Source: Planctomycetota bacterium (GTDB lineage Bacteria; Planctomycetota; JAJSAM01). From it: 64,000 nucleotides of DNA. The notes below the pieces were generated by a model that saw only the letters and a program-made list of their open reading frames with translations, did not search any database and was not told the origin of the DNA. Both the position numbers and the translations under genes were made by a program. Position 1 is the stretch's first letter; the number at the start of each line of letters is the position of its first letter. Where the stretch lies: NCBI GenBank assembly GCA_024274785.1, contig JAJSAM010000071.1, forward strand, positions 24,733-88,732, written 5' to 3'. This document shows positions 37,856 through 47,678 of the stretch, one piece after another.

Positions 37856-38653
37856 TCAGGCTTCCGGCCTTTCGGACCACTTCGGCCGCCGCTTCTCGAA
37901 GAACGCGGCCATGCCCTCCTGCGCTTCATCTCCGACCCGGAGTTCCGAGATCATCTTCGCGGTGTACGGCCCGGCTTCGTCGAGCGTCATCCCCGGAAGT
38001 TTCCCGATCAACTCCTTGGCGTAGCGGAGCGCGTCCGGCCCGCTCGTCAGGATGTCCCGGACGTATTCGTCGACTCTGCTCGAAAGCAGGCCCGCGGAGA
38101 CGGCTTCGTTGACGAGCCCGAGTACCGCGGCCCGGTCCGCCGAAATCCGGCGCCCGGTCAGGAACAACTCCCGCGCGGCGCGCTCGCCGATCCGCTTGAT
38201 GACGAACGGTCCGATGCACGCCGGTACCAGGCCGATCTTCACTTCGGAAAGCGAGAACTCCGCGCGGTGGCTCGCCACGGCGATGTCGCAGGCGGCCACC
38301 AGGCCGTTGCCTCCGCCGATGGCCGCGCCGTTCACGGCGGCGATCGTGGGGATGGGGAGCAGATAAAGCCTGCGCATCAGGTCGGCCAGCGGGAGGGCGT
38401 CGGCGAGATTCTCTTCGAACGAGAACCCTCTCATCCGGCCCATCCATTTGAGGTCGGCCCCGGCGCAGAAGGACTTGCCGCGGCCGGTGAGGACCAGCAC
38501 GCGGATGTCAGCGGACTCTTCGATCCGGCGGAGAGCGTCGTTCAGCTCTTCGATCAGGATTTCGTTGAACGCGTTGCGGACTTCCGGCCGGGCGAGCGCA
38601 ATACGCGCCACCCGACCGGAGAGGTCAGCCACGATGGTGGTGTAGCCGGCCAC
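37856..38653 (-). CDS. Enoyl-CoA hydratase/crotonase, methylglutaconyl-CoA hydratase (LiuC)-like
   Basis: RPEVRNAFN, FCAGADL, AIGGGNGLVAACD, SEVKIGLVPA and EAQEGMAAFFEKR motifs. Confidence 0.85.
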   Translation of the reverse strand: MAGYTTIVADLSGRVARIALARPEVRNAFNEILIEELNDALRRIEESADIRVLVLTGRGKSFCAGADLKWMGRMRGFSFEENLADALPLADLMRRLYLLPIPTIAAVNGAAIGGGNGLVAACDIAVASHRAEFSLSEVKIGLVPACIGPFVIKRIGERAARELFLTGRRISADRAAVLGLVNEAVSAGLLSSRVDEYVRDILTSGPDALRYAKELIGKLPGMTLDEAGPYTAKMISELRVGDEAQEGMAAFFEKRRPKWSERPEA

Positions 38654-39048
38654 TACGCCGGCACCACCTTGTATCCGTAGAACAGGACTCCGTCCGCGCC
38701 GTCTTCCCTGATTCTCCGGAATTCGATCTTCACCGGGAGGCCCATCTCGATTTCATCCAGATCGACATCCACGAGTTGACTCATGAGCCGCACGCCGTTT
38801 TCGAGTTCCACCAGGCAGACCGCGTACGGCGAGAGGTCGGTGAACTCGTCCGGCGCCACGCGGATCACGGTCCAGGTGATGACCTTGCCGGTGTCCGGCA
38901 GGACGACGGTTTCGAACTTCTGCTTGCCGCACTTCATGCAGATGCGTCGCGGTGGGAAGTGGATCTCCCCGCAGGCCGTGCACTCGCCGGCCTCCATGCG
39001 GTAGCGCTGCGGAACTTCGCGCCAGTATCTGGCTGTGGTCAGTCCCAT
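38653..39048 (-). CDS. DUF35 Zn-ribbon/OB-fold protein
   Basis: CTAC..FPPR..CMKC, GKVITWT, PYAV..VEL and YGYK motifs. Confidence 0.9.
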   Translation of the reverse strand: MGLTTARYWREVPQRYRMEAGECTACGEIHFPPRRICMKCGKQKFETVVLPDTGKVITWTVIRVAPDEFTDLSPYAVCLVELENGVRLMSQLVDVDLDEIEMGLPVKIEFRRIREDGADGVLFYGYKVVPA

Positions 39049-40205
39049 CAGATCACCTCCAGGATGTGCACGGTGGAGCTGGCGCCGGTGCCGCCCATGT
39101 TCTGGGCGAGACCGCGTTTGGCATCCTTGACCTGCCGCCCGCCGGCGTTGCCGCGAAGCTGGGTGACGATCTCGTGGATCTGGGCGATGCCGGTGGCGCC
39201 CACCGGGTGCCCCTTGGACTTCAGCCCACCGCTCGTGTTGATCGGGATCCGGCCGTCGAGCGCGGTTTCACCCGCCTCAACCGCCTTGCCGCCCTGGCCC
39301 TGCTCACAGAAACCGAGGGCCTCGGTGACCATGATCTCGGCGATCGTGAAGCAGTCGTGCACCTCGGCGAAGTCGATGTCGCCGGGGCCGACGCCGGCCA
39401 TGTCGTAGGCCACCTTTGCGGCCAGTGCGGCCGACTCGATGGCGCAGATGTCCTTGCGCTGGTGCAGGGCGATGGTGTCGGTGGCCTGACCGCTGCCCGT
39501 GACCCTGATGGCCTGGCTCTTCGTGAACCGGCTCACCATGTCGAGGGGGCAGAGGATCGCCGCCGCCGCGCCGTCGGTGACGGGTGAGCAGTCGAGGATC
39601 CGAAGCGGGTCGGCTACGCGCGTGGCAGTCAGCACCTGCTCGAGGGTGACCTCGAAGGGGGACTGGCCGTGCGGGTTCATCGCGCCGTTTCTGTGGTTTT
39701 TCACGGCGACCATCGCGAGCTGCTCGCGGGTGGTGCCGTACTTCGCCATGTGCGCGACGGCCATCATGGCGTAGAGGCCGGGGAAGGTGACGCCGTGATA
39801 GGCCTCGTATTCCTGATCCGCGGCCGCGGCGAGCGCACGCGTGGTGGCGCCGCCGTCCACGTCGGTCATCTTTTCGACCCCGCCCGCCAGCACCACGTCG
39901 TGGTAGCCGGACGCCACGGCCATCAGGCCGGTGCGGAAGGCGGTGCCGGCGGAGGCGCATGCCGACTCGGTCCGGGTTGCGGGGATCGGGCCCATGCCGA
40001 GATAGTCCGCGGCGAGGGCGCCAATATGCTCCTGGCCGGCGAAAAGACCGCCGGACATGCAACCGATGAACATCGCGTCGAGCTTCTCGACGCCGGCATC
40101 GTCGACCGCGTTGACCGCTGCCTCGGTGATGAGGTCGCGGAGCGATTGCTTCCACACCTCGCCCCAGGCGGAAAGGCCGACTCCGATTACTGCTACGTCT
40201 CTCAT
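39048..40205 (-). CDS. Archaeal-type acetoacetyl-CoA thiolase (SCP2-thiolase type)
   Basis: [40 protein letters not shown] and NMGG motifs. Confidence 0.9.
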   Translation of the reverse strand: MRDVAVIGVGLSAWGEVWKQSLRDLITEAAVNAVDDAGVEKLDAMFIGCMSGGLFAGQEHIGALAADYLGMGPIPATRTESACASAGTAFRTGLMAVASGYHDVVLAGGVEKMTDVDGGATTRALAAAADQEYEAYHGVTFPGLYAMMAVAHMAKYGTTREQLAMVAVKNHRNGAMNPHGQSPFEVTLEQVLTATRVADPLRILDCSPVTDGAAAAILCPLDMVSRFTKSQAIRVTGSGQATDTIALHQRKDICAIESAALAAKVAYDMAGVGPGDIDFAEVHDCFTIAEIMVTEALGFCEQGQGGKAVEAGETALDGRIPINTSGGLKSKGHPVGATGIAQIHEIVTQLRGNAGGRQVKDAKRGLAQNMGGTGASSTVHILEVI

Positions 40206-40209
40206 CGTG

Positions 40210-41253
40210 TCATCCTTTCCTGATCTTGCCGCGGTACTTCGCGTAGGTGCCGTAGTCCAGGTAGATCTTGTTCTTGTCCAGGTAGTCCGTGGTCAACGGC
40301 GCCAGATTGCGGACCTCGTCGATCTTGTCCGTCACTTCGAAGACGAAGCCGTCGCTGCCGGAGCCGGAGCCGTAGGAGACCATGAGGATGGTGTCTCCCG
40401 GCTTCGCGACGTCCAATGTCGCGGAGAGGCCGATGGGGGAGGCCCCGGAGTAGGTGTTGCCGAGCCGCGGGGAGAGCCAGCCGGGAACGATCTGCTCCCT
40501 GGTGAAGCCGAGCTTCAAGGCCGCGCGCAGCGGGAACTTCCCGTTCGGCTGGTGGAAGATCGCAAAGGTGAAGTCTTCGGGGGTCATCCCGGCCCGCTCC
40601 ATCGTGCCGGTGGCGCAGGAGAGCGTGTGCTGGAAGTACGCCGGCTCGCCGGTGAAGCGTCCGCCGTGCTTCGGGTAGTGTTCATACTCCCGTCGCCAGA
40701 AGTCCGGCGTGTCGGTCATGTACGCGTAGGTCTCCCTGACCTCGGCGACGACGTTGTCCTTCCCGAAGAGGAACGCTGCGGCGCCGGCCGCCGCGGAGTA
40801 CTCGAGGGCGTCGCCGGGCGCGCCCTGAGACGTGTCCGCGCCGATCCCGAGGCCGTACTTGACGAGCCCCGCGGTGACAAGCCCGAAGGATACGTACATC
40901 CCCTCCGAACCGGCCTTGCAGGCGAACTCCATGTCCGCACAGTGGATGTCCGGGGTGGCGCCGATCGCCTCCGCTACCACGGTGCCGCTGGGCTTTACCG
41001 CGTAGGGGTGGGATTCGGATCCGATATAGATGCACCCGATCTCTTTGGGGTCGATCCCGGCACGCTTGATCGCGTTCCGTGTCGCTTCGACGGACATGGT
41101 GATCACGTCCTGGTCGGGCGCGGGGACCGACTTCTCCTCGAGCATCAGGCCCTTCTTGTAGCTCGGCGCGTCCGCTCCCCAGACCTTGGCGATCTCTTCA
41201 ACCTTGATTCGCTGCCGGGGAACGTACGCTCCATAGCCGATGATGCCTGCCAT
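40210..41253 (-). CDS. Archaeal-type hydroxymethylglutaryl-CoA synthase
   Basis: [18 protein letters not shown] (catalytic Cys), [30 protein letters not shown] and SYGSGSGSD motifs. Confidence 0.92.
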   Translation of the reverse strand: MAGIIGYGAYVPRQRIKVEEIAKVWGADAPSYKKGLMLEEKSVPAPDQDVITMSVEATRNAIKRAGIDPKEIGCIYIGSESHPYAVKPSGTVVAEAIGATPDIHCADMEFACKAGSEGMYVSFGLVTAGLVKYGLGIGADTSQGAPGDALEYSAAAGAAAFLFGKDNVVAEVRETYAYMTDTPDFWRREYEHYPKHGGRFTGEPAYFQHTLSCATGTMERAGMTPEDFTFAIFHQPNGKFPLRAALKLGFTREQIVPGWLSPRLGNTYSGASPIGLSATLDVAKPGDTILMVSYGSGSGSDGFVFEVTDKIDEVRNLAPLTTDYLDKNKIYLDYGTYAKYRGKIRKG

Positions 41254-41423
41254 GCAAACCTCCTGTGGCTAGCCTCTGAAAAGAGCGCAGAGCCCGCATT
41301 CTACCGGTTCCCCGGTCGTCTGAATGCCGCTAAAACGACCAAACGTACGGTTGGCGAACAGCGCCGCCGGCTGCACCTTCACCGCTCCGGAAACCCGCAG
41401 ATCGGGGACTTCCTCCATGAATC

Positions 41424-41452
41424 GAAAAGGGCCCCGAGGAGGGGCCCTTCGG
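41424..41452 (-). terminator. Intrinsic terminator downstream of the PEP-CTERM gene
   Basis: Minus strand GGGCCCC-TCCTC-GGGGCCC followed by TTTT. Confidence 0.65.
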
Positions 41453-41471
41453 ATCGGCATGATTCCCGGCG

Positions 41472-42122
41472 CTACTTCGCCTTGTGTGCCCTGCGGCGAC
41501 GGTGTGCGAAGAAGAGCCCGGCTGCGCCGAACCCGAACAGGATGAACGTCCCCGGCTCCGGTGCGTGGGCGACGAAACCATCGATGTTGTCCAGGGTGAT
41601 CCCGCCGGACTGGCCGAACTGCGTGGTCAGGACAGTCTCCGATCCGGTGCTGACCCAGCCCACGAAGTTGGTGGTCGCCGGGGCGCTCGCGATCACGGCG
41701 CTCGTGTCGATGCCCGCGGTGTTGACGAAGGACACGGTCTGGCTCACCTCGTTGCCGAAGTCGAAGGAGATGGCCTGCAGGCCGAGACCGGTGCCGCCCG
41801 GTCCGGTCATCGAGGCGAAGGACTGGGAGCCATCGGGCTGCATCCAGGAGTTCCCCGTGGCGCCGAAGCTTCCGACGAAAGCATTCCCGCCATCCACCAC
41901 CTGCGCCAGACCGCCGCCGATCAGCAGCGGGTCACTGACGGGGCCGGCCGGGGTGCTCTCGAAGTCCTCCGTCCAGGACGGCGCCAGGCCGAGCCCGGCC
42001 ACGGCGTTGTTGAAGGCCGTCTCATCGGTGTAGACCACGCCCGCCTCCGCGGAGCCCGCGGAGAGGATTACCATCGAAACCACGAAAAGCGAGGCCAGAA
42101 CCGAACCGTTCCGGATCACCAT
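41472..42122 (-). CDS. PEP-CTERM sorting-domain surface protein
   Basis: Signal peptide and C-terminal APEPGTFILFGFGAAGLFFAHRRRR. Confidence 0.9.
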   Translation of the reverse strand: MVIRNGSVLASLFVVSMVILSAGSAEAGVVYTDETAFNNAVAGLGLAPSWTEDFESTPAGPVSDPLLIGGGLAQVVDGGNAFVGSFGATGNSWMQPDGSQSFASMTGPGGTGLGLQAISFDFGNEVSQTVSFVNTAGIDTSAVIASAPATTNFVGWVSTGSETVLTTQFGQSGGITLDNIDGFVAHAPEPGTFILFGFGAAGLFFAHRRRRAHKAK

Positions 42123-42270
42123 AACTCACACCTCTTCAAATCATCACGAGTGGCGAAGGGATGCCCCCCTGATCCATAGAGCCAAAGGCTATCCCCACAA
42201 ATGGCCTGTGCCAAGCAAAGAAATACGAATTCTCGTAGGATGGGGGGGCGGATTGCAACCGGAGGAGCAC

Positions 42271-43518
42271 ATGAAGCGATTTCGGATCTGGTGGGGCGTG
42301 ATTCTGTCCGTGGCCCTTCCGGTGATCTCGGCGGCATCCGTTGCCGCCGCACCGGAGGTCGTCCCGATCAGGACCTCGGACGGATTGACGCTGGCCGGCG
42401 ATCTCTACGCCACGGGAGCGAAGGGGGCGCCGGCGGTGGTGGCGCTCCACATGTACCGCTCGGACCGGAAGGCGTGGTTGCCGGTGGTGAAGCCGCTGCA
42501 CGACGCCGGCATCGACCTCCTGACGATCGACTTGCGCGGGCATGGCGACAGCGCGATCCAGGGGAAGGTGAACCTCTCCGAGCGTGTGGCCGAGCGCGAT
42601 CCGGAGCTCTTCCAGTCGATGTGGCGCGACGCCTTCGCCGCCATGGACTTTCTCATCGCCCGCGGCAATGACCCCCGGCGGATCGCCTTTCTCGGAGCGA
42701 GTGTCGGCTGCAGCGTGGCCATCGACGCGGCGGTGCGGCGGGAGACGGTCCGGGGCGTCCTGCTCATGACCCCGGGACTCGGCTATCTCGGCATTCCCAC
42801 CTCGCAGCACATCCGCGACTACGGGGCCCGGCCCATGAAGATCCTCTGTTCCACTTTCGAGGCGCCGCATGGGACCACCGCGATCAAGGAGGCGGTGGGA
42901 CCGACCTGCAGCGTCTATCTCTTCGAGGAGCGCAACAGTCACGGCACGCAGATGTTCAAGACCCGAAAGGGCGTGGAGGAGCGGATCGCCAACTGGTTCC
43001 GGACGATTCTCGCGGGTGGGGTGGCGCTCGACGGGGAGTTCAGTGAGGCGGAGGGGAAGGGGCCAGGCCTCCACGGGGAGTTCACGGTGGAAGGCGGAAC
43101 TCTCAAGGCCTCGGCGACTCGGCGGGGGAGCTACCTGCATGCCGTCCTGACCGGCCGGCCCGAACTGCTCCCGAAACGGTTCGTCGTCGCCTACGCCGGG
43201 AAGAAGATGCTGGCCGAGGCCGTGGCGCTCACGGTTTATCCGGACCGCGTCGCCACCCGGCATCTGCTGCTCCGCGACGGCGTCTTCGTCCCCGTGCGGG
43301 AGCGCCGTGCTCCCCATCGGGCCCGGCCCGGAGCGGTGCGGGGGGTGGTGCTGGAACTACTGATCCCCATGTCCCTGATCGACACCGGCTTCGATCCCCG
43401 CGAGGGCTTCCGCCTCGCCTTCGCCATCGGCACCGCGGATCTCACGGAGAAACTCACCTGGTCCGGCCAGGCGAAACCGGATGACACCAGGACATGGAGC
43501 GCCTTTCCGAAGAGGTGA
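42271..43518 (+). CDS. Secreted alpha/beta hydrolase with C-terminal beta-rich domain
   Basis: Signal peptide; IDLRGHGDS, GASVG nucleophile elbow and SHGT. Confidence 0.82.
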   Translation: MKRFRIWWGVILSVALPVISAASVAAAPEVVPIRTSDGLTLAGDLYATGAKGAPAVVALHMYRSDRKAWLPVVKPLHDAGIDLLTIDLRGHGDSAIQGKVNLSERVAERDPELFQSMWRDAFAAMDFLIARGNDPRRIAFLGASVGCSVAIDAAVRRETVRGVLLMTPGLGYLGIPTSQHIRDYGARPMKILCSTFEAPHGTTAIKEAVGPTCSVYLFEERNSHGTQMFKTRKGVEERIANWFRTILAGGVALDGEFSEAEGKGPGLHGEFTVEGGTLKASATRRGSYLHAVLTGRPELLPKRFVVAYAGKKMLAEAVALTVYPDRVATRHLLLRDGVFVPVRERRAPHRARPGAVRGVVLELLIPMSLIDTGFDPREGFRLAFAIGTADLTEKLTWSGQAKPDDTRTWSAFPKR

Positions 43519-43548
43519 TCCGAGTCGCGTGGTACGGAAGCTGCCCCG

Positions 43549-44055
43549 TCACTCGAGAGTGACCAGCGCGTCCCCCTTGTTCACCGTCTGGTTCGCCCCG
43601 GCGTGGACGGTCTTGACCACTCCCGGCAGGGCGGCGCGGATCTCGTTTTCCATCTTCATCGCTTCGAGGATGAGGAGCGGCTGGCCGGCCTCCACCTCGT
43701 CGCCCGGGGTGACCATGATCTCGCGGACGATGCCCGGCATCATCGAGAGGATCACCTTGCCGTGGTCCTGCCGGCCGCGGTTCCCGGAAACGGCGCGGGC
43801 GGCGCGGGTGCGCTCGTCCTCGACCCGCGCCACGTAGGACTCGCTCATCATGGTGACGGAGAGTCCGTCCGGGCGGGATTCGAAAGAGACCTGGCGGGAG
43901 AGGGTGTCCATCAGGAGCGTCCCGGCGGAGCCGCCATTGATGGTGCGGAAGTCCACCTCGCGTTCCTTTTCGCCGACCCGCGCGAAGGTCTTCCCCTCTC
44001 GTTTCAGGATCTCGACCTCGATGTCCTCGCCGTCGATGGCCACGTAGTATTTCAT
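43549..44055 (-). CDS. Biotin carboxyl carrier protein
   Basis: MKYYVAIDG start; MPGIV..V..GD.V and LEAMKMENEI motifs. Confidence 0.9.
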   Translation of the reverse strand: MKYYVAIDGEDIEVEILKREGKTFARVGEKEREVDFRTINGGSAGTLLMDTLSRQVSFESRPDGLSVTMMSESYVARVEDERTRAARAVSGNRGRQDHGKVILSMMPGIVREIMVTPGDEVEAGQPLLILEAMKMENEIRAALPGVVKTVHAGANQTVNKGDALVTLE

Positions 44056-44060
44056 TTTCC

Positions 44061-45560
44061 TCACCTCCCGCATCCGTGCCGCCGCCCGGCGAGCGTCCAG
44101 GGGTTCATGCCACCACCGTTGCTTTCTCTTCGCACCGGGGCCTTCGTCTCGGCCTCGTACCGGCAATGCATCACCGCGGCCACCGCGGCGGCGATCCGGT
44201 GACGGCCTTCTCCTTCGCCGCCGAGGTCCTCCAGGTGGCGGTCCACGAAGGAGGTGTCGAACTCTCCGGACTGGAAGCGGGGATGATCGAGGACCCGCAT
44301 CAGGAAGGGGATGGTGGTCTTGATCCCGTTGATCTGGAATTCCCGAAGCGCCTGCCGCGCGCGGCGGATGGCGGATTCGCGACTCGATCCGAAGGTGATC
44401 AGCTTGCCGAGGATCGGGTCGTAGTAGAGGGAGATCTCCTGGCCCTCGTACAGGTTCGTGTCGAGGCGCACTCCCGGGCCGCCGGGAAGCTCCAGGTGCT
44501 CGATCGTACCCGGCGAGGGCAGGAAGTTCGTCTGGGGGTCCTCGGCGTAGATCCGGCACTCGAGTGCGTGGCCCATGCGCCGGACGTCCTCCTGCTTGAG
44601 CTTCAGCTTGCCACCCTGCGCGATGCGAATCTGCTCGCGGACGAGATCCAGCCGGTAGACCATCTCCGTCACCGGGTGCTCGACCTGCAGCCGCGTGTTC
44701 ATCTCGAGGAAGTAGTGCTTCCCATCGGTGTCGAGCAGGAACTCCACCGTTCCGGCGTTCACGTAGCCGACCGCCTTTGCCGCGCGCACCGCCGTATCGC
44801 CCATCTCCTGCCGCTTCGCCTCGTCGATCACCGCGGAGGGCGTCTCCTCGATGATCTTCTGGTGGCGGCGCTGGATGGAGCACTCGCGTTCGCCGAGGTG
44901 AATGGCATTCCCGTGGCTGTCCGCGAGGATCTGCACTTCGATGTGGCGGGGCCGTTCCAGGTACTTCTCGACGTAGAGAGAGGGGTTGCCGAACGCATTC
45001 CCCGCTTCGGAAGATGCGCGGTCGAAAGCCGGGCCGAGCTCGCTCGGTTCGCGCACGATGCGAATGCCCTTCCCGCCGCCGCCGCCCACCGCCTTCAGCA
45101 TCACCGGGTAGCCCATGTCCGCGGCGATGCCCACGGCGGCATCGCGATCGGACAATGGCTCGAGCGTCCCCGGCACCACCGGCACCCCGGCGGCCTCCAT
45201 GGTCCGGCGGGCGGTGATCTTGTCGCCCATCCCGCTGATGTGCTCCGCCTTCGGCCCGATGAAGATGAGCCCCGCGTCGGTCACCGCCTGCGCAAACGCG
45301 GCATTCTCCGAGAGGAAACCGTAGCCGGGATGTACGGCGTCGGCCCCGGTTCGCTTCGCCGCATCGACGATCCGCTCGATGTTCAGGTAGCTCTTCGCCG
45401 GCTCGGGCGGACCGATATTCACGGCTTCACTGGCCATGCGGACGTGGAGTTCGGCGCGATCGACGTCGGAATAGACGGCGACGGTTTCGATTCCCTCGAT
45501 CCGGCAGGCACGGACGATGCGGACGGCGATCTCACCCCGGTTGGCGACAAGGATCTTCAT
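44061..45560 (-). CDS. Biotin carboxylase (propionyl-CoA carboxylase alpha-like)
   Basis: [36 protein letters not shown] and RIYAED motifs. Confidence 0.92.
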   Translation of the reverse strand: MKILVANRGEIAVRIVRACRIEGIETVAVYSDVDRAELHVRMASEAVNIGPPEPAKSYLNIERIVDAAKRTGADAVHPGYGFLSENAAFAQAVTDAGLIFIGPKAEHISGMGDKITARRTMEAAGVPVVPGTLEPLSDRDAAVGIAADMGYPVMLKAVGGGGGKGIRIVREPSELGPAFDRASSEAGNAFGNPSLYVEKYLERPRHIEVQILADSHGNAIHLGERECSIQRRHQKIIEETPSAVIDEAKRQEMGDTAVRAAKAVGYVNAGTVEFLLDTDGKHYFLEMNTRLQVEHPVTEMVYRLDLVREQIRIAQGGKLKLKQEDVRRMGHALECRIYAEDPQTNFLPSPGTIEHLELPGGPGVRLDTNLYEGQEISLYYDPILGKLITFGSSRESAIRRARQALREFQINGIKTTIPFLMRVLDHPRFQSGEFDTSFVDRHLEDLGGEGEGRHRIAAAVAAVMHCRYEAETKAPVRRESNGGGMNPWTLAGRRHGCGR

Positions 45561-46049
45561 GGGCGCCAATCCTACCGCCCGGAATCCAGAGGTGAAAGTC
45601 TCCGCTTCGATCCCGAGACGCCGGCCGCCTTCCTGACGGTGGAGCGCTGCCTGGTTCTTCGGGCCGAAGTTCCACGCTCGGCTCGAAGGAGAGTGGCAGA
45701 TCCTCGCCCTCTTCACGGAAACACCCGGGTACGCCGTCCTCCGGGACCTGCCCGGCGGCGCCACGAGGATCACTGCCGAATTCGGATCGCGCAGTAACGC
45801 CAGGACGAGGCGAAGCGGCAGGTCGCGAAGCCTGCTGCCAGATGTCGAGCAACCGCGCCGTCCGGACATTGCCCTCCGCCTCCGCCTCGGAGCGGATGCT
45901 CTGCACACATCCGGTGACGCTGCCGTCCGCCGGAACGGCCAGGCCGCCAGTCCCGTCTTTCCATCCCCCCATAGTAGATCGGATTGCACCGGCCATTATC
46001 CCGGTACCCCGGATGGGGCTCACTCTTTGCGGACTGCTCTGAGTCCGGA

Positions 46050-46370
46050 TCAGTAGGAGATCACCTGCAGGCCGACGACTCGTTCGAAGTGACGCACATT
46101 TCGGGTGATGACCGGGTGCCCGGCCTGAAGGGCGGCCGCTCCGATCAGGGCATCCATGTCACCGATGGTCGTGCCCCGGGCTTGCAGGTGCCCCACCATT
46201 CGACCGAAGATCTCCGCGGGGTCAGCGTGGAACTCGAGGATCGTGAACGGGCGGAGCAAGTGTTCGATCTTGCCGCGTTCGGTATCGGTATCTTGTGCCC
46301 GAGCCACTCCGACCAGGAGTTCGGCCACGTTGAATCTGGTCGTTGCTAGGGGTTCTTCTTCGCCCTGAGC
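46050..46370 (-). pseudogene. N-terminally truncated VapC/PIN-domain toxin
   Basis: LATTRFNVAELLVG, IGDMDALIGAAAL and ITRNVRHF present; the frame closes at a TGA shortly upstream and the N-terminal LDT motif is missing; no antitoxin gene. Confidence 0.65.
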
Positions 46371-46419
46371 CGGGGGCCGCGGCCGGAGATTCCTGCCGGA
46401 TGCCTGAACTCACTCGCCG

Positions 46420-47238
46420 TCAGAGTTGGAAGTGCACGCCCGCTTGCGCCACCTGCGCCCGCTCCCCGAGTGTCTTCGCTTCGGGCGAGTCCGGGACCCA
46501 GAGCGGGTTGGTGTGGTTTAAGTGGACGAAGTTGATTTCCGCTTTCGGCTTCAGGGCCTCGAGCAGTACGAGCGTGTCAGCCACCAGGGGATGGGGGATC
46601 TCCGCGAGGTCGCGGTTCCGGAGTTCGGCGCCGGAGTAGAACGTGCCGTCGAGGAAAGCCACGTCCACCCCGAAGAGCAGATTCGAGAGGGAGTTCGTAC
46701 CGAAGGCGTCGATGTCGGGTACCCACAGTAGCGCTCGACTCTCTCCGGCCACCTTGAACGCGAACGTTTCCGACCACTCCGCGCGGTGCTTCACCGGGAC
46801 CGGGATGACGGTCAGACCATCGTCGAGTTCGACCGGTTCATCGGGTCGGAGGATCCGAGGCATGAGGTAGCGATCCCGAATGAGCGAGGCCCAGGGCTCG
46901 TTTCCCGAGAGGTGCTCGAACATCCGTGGTCCCACCCAGAGCGGCAGTTCCCGGACCGCCATCGCCTCGCGGCCGAGCCAGAGCAGGCCCGCGACGTGAC
47001 CCATGTGGGCGTGGGTGAGCAGAATGCCGGAGAGCTTCGGCAGCTGCGTCACCTGCTCGCGAAGATCGGGTGTAGCGTCGATCAGGAAGCCGCGACCGTT
47101 TCCGGAGATCAGCCCCAGACAGGAAACGAGACGGTGCCGGGAGGTGTCTCCCCGCGCCGTGGAACAGTTACGGCACTCGCAGCACGGCTGCGGCAGCCCA
47201 CCGTCCTGGGCGGTACCAAGGACGATGGCTTCGCTCAC
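46420..47238 (-). CDS. MBL-fold metallo-hydrolase, PqqB-like
   Basis: LGTAQDGGLPQ.CC.C..C, IDATPD, LTHAHMGH, LDGTFY and HLNHTNP motifs; GTGA overlap with the upstream gene. Confidence 0.85.
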   Translation of the reverse strand: MSEAIVLGTAQDGGLPQPCCECRNCSTARGDTSRHRLVSCLGLISGNGRGFLIDATPDLREQVTQLPKLSGILLTHAHMGHVAGLLWLGREAMAVRELPLWVGPRMFEHLSGNEPWASLIRDRYLMPRILRPDEPVELDDGLTVIPVPVKHRAEWSETFAFKVAGESRALLWVPDIDAFGTNSLSNLLFGVDVAFLDGTFYSGAELRNRDLAEIPHPLVADTLVLLEALKPKAEINFVHLNHTNPLWVPDSPEAKTLGERAQVAQAGVHFQL

Positions 47239-47675
47239 TTCACGAACCGGATGCACATGGGATATCGGTACATCACCCCCTCGTTCGCCTTGATACCCGC
47301 GATGATCGTGAGGACCAGCGCCCCGACGGAGATCACGATGATGAGCAGAATTCCGATGAAAATGAACACCAGCGGAATGCAGACGATCACCGCGATGTAG
47401 ACCGTGATCTGGAAATTCAGCGCTTCCCTGGCGTGATAGTCGACATAGCTGAACTCCTTGCCCTTGGTCAGCATCACGATGAGCGGTCCGAGGAAGCTGA
47501 ACCCGGCGATGCCTGCAATGAGAGCGGAGAAATGGGCGAGCATGCCCCAGGTGCGCTCATCGCTGGACAGGCCTCCTCCGAAGTTCGATGGTGGCCGCAT
47601 CTGATCCCCGCGCGGATCGTCATCCCGGTACTCGTTCAAATCCTGGTTCGACACGTTCTGCTCCGTTCCCCCCAC
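47235..47675 (-). CDS. DUF4870 membrane protein
   Basis: ERTWGMLAHFS, LGPLIV, HAREALNFQIT and YRYP motifs. Confidence 0.85.
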   Translation of the reverse strand: MGGTEQNVSNQDLNEYRDDDPRGDQMRPPSNFGGGLSSDERTWGMLAHFSALIAGIAGFSFLGPLIVMLTKGKEFSYVDYHAREALNFQITVYIAVIVCIPLVFIFIGILLIIVISVGALVLTIIAGIKANEGVMYRYPMCIRFVK

Positions 47676-47678
47676 TTC

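Noticed and set aside
38653-41253. PhlABC (DAPG) acyltransferase cluster
   Set aside because: The synthase-like subunit retains its catalytic Cys/His/Glu and no PhlD type III PKS is present.
42195-42215. Sigma-54 promoter for the PEP-CTERM gene (TGGCAC on the minus strand)
   Set aside because: There is no GC at the required GG-N10-GC spacing.
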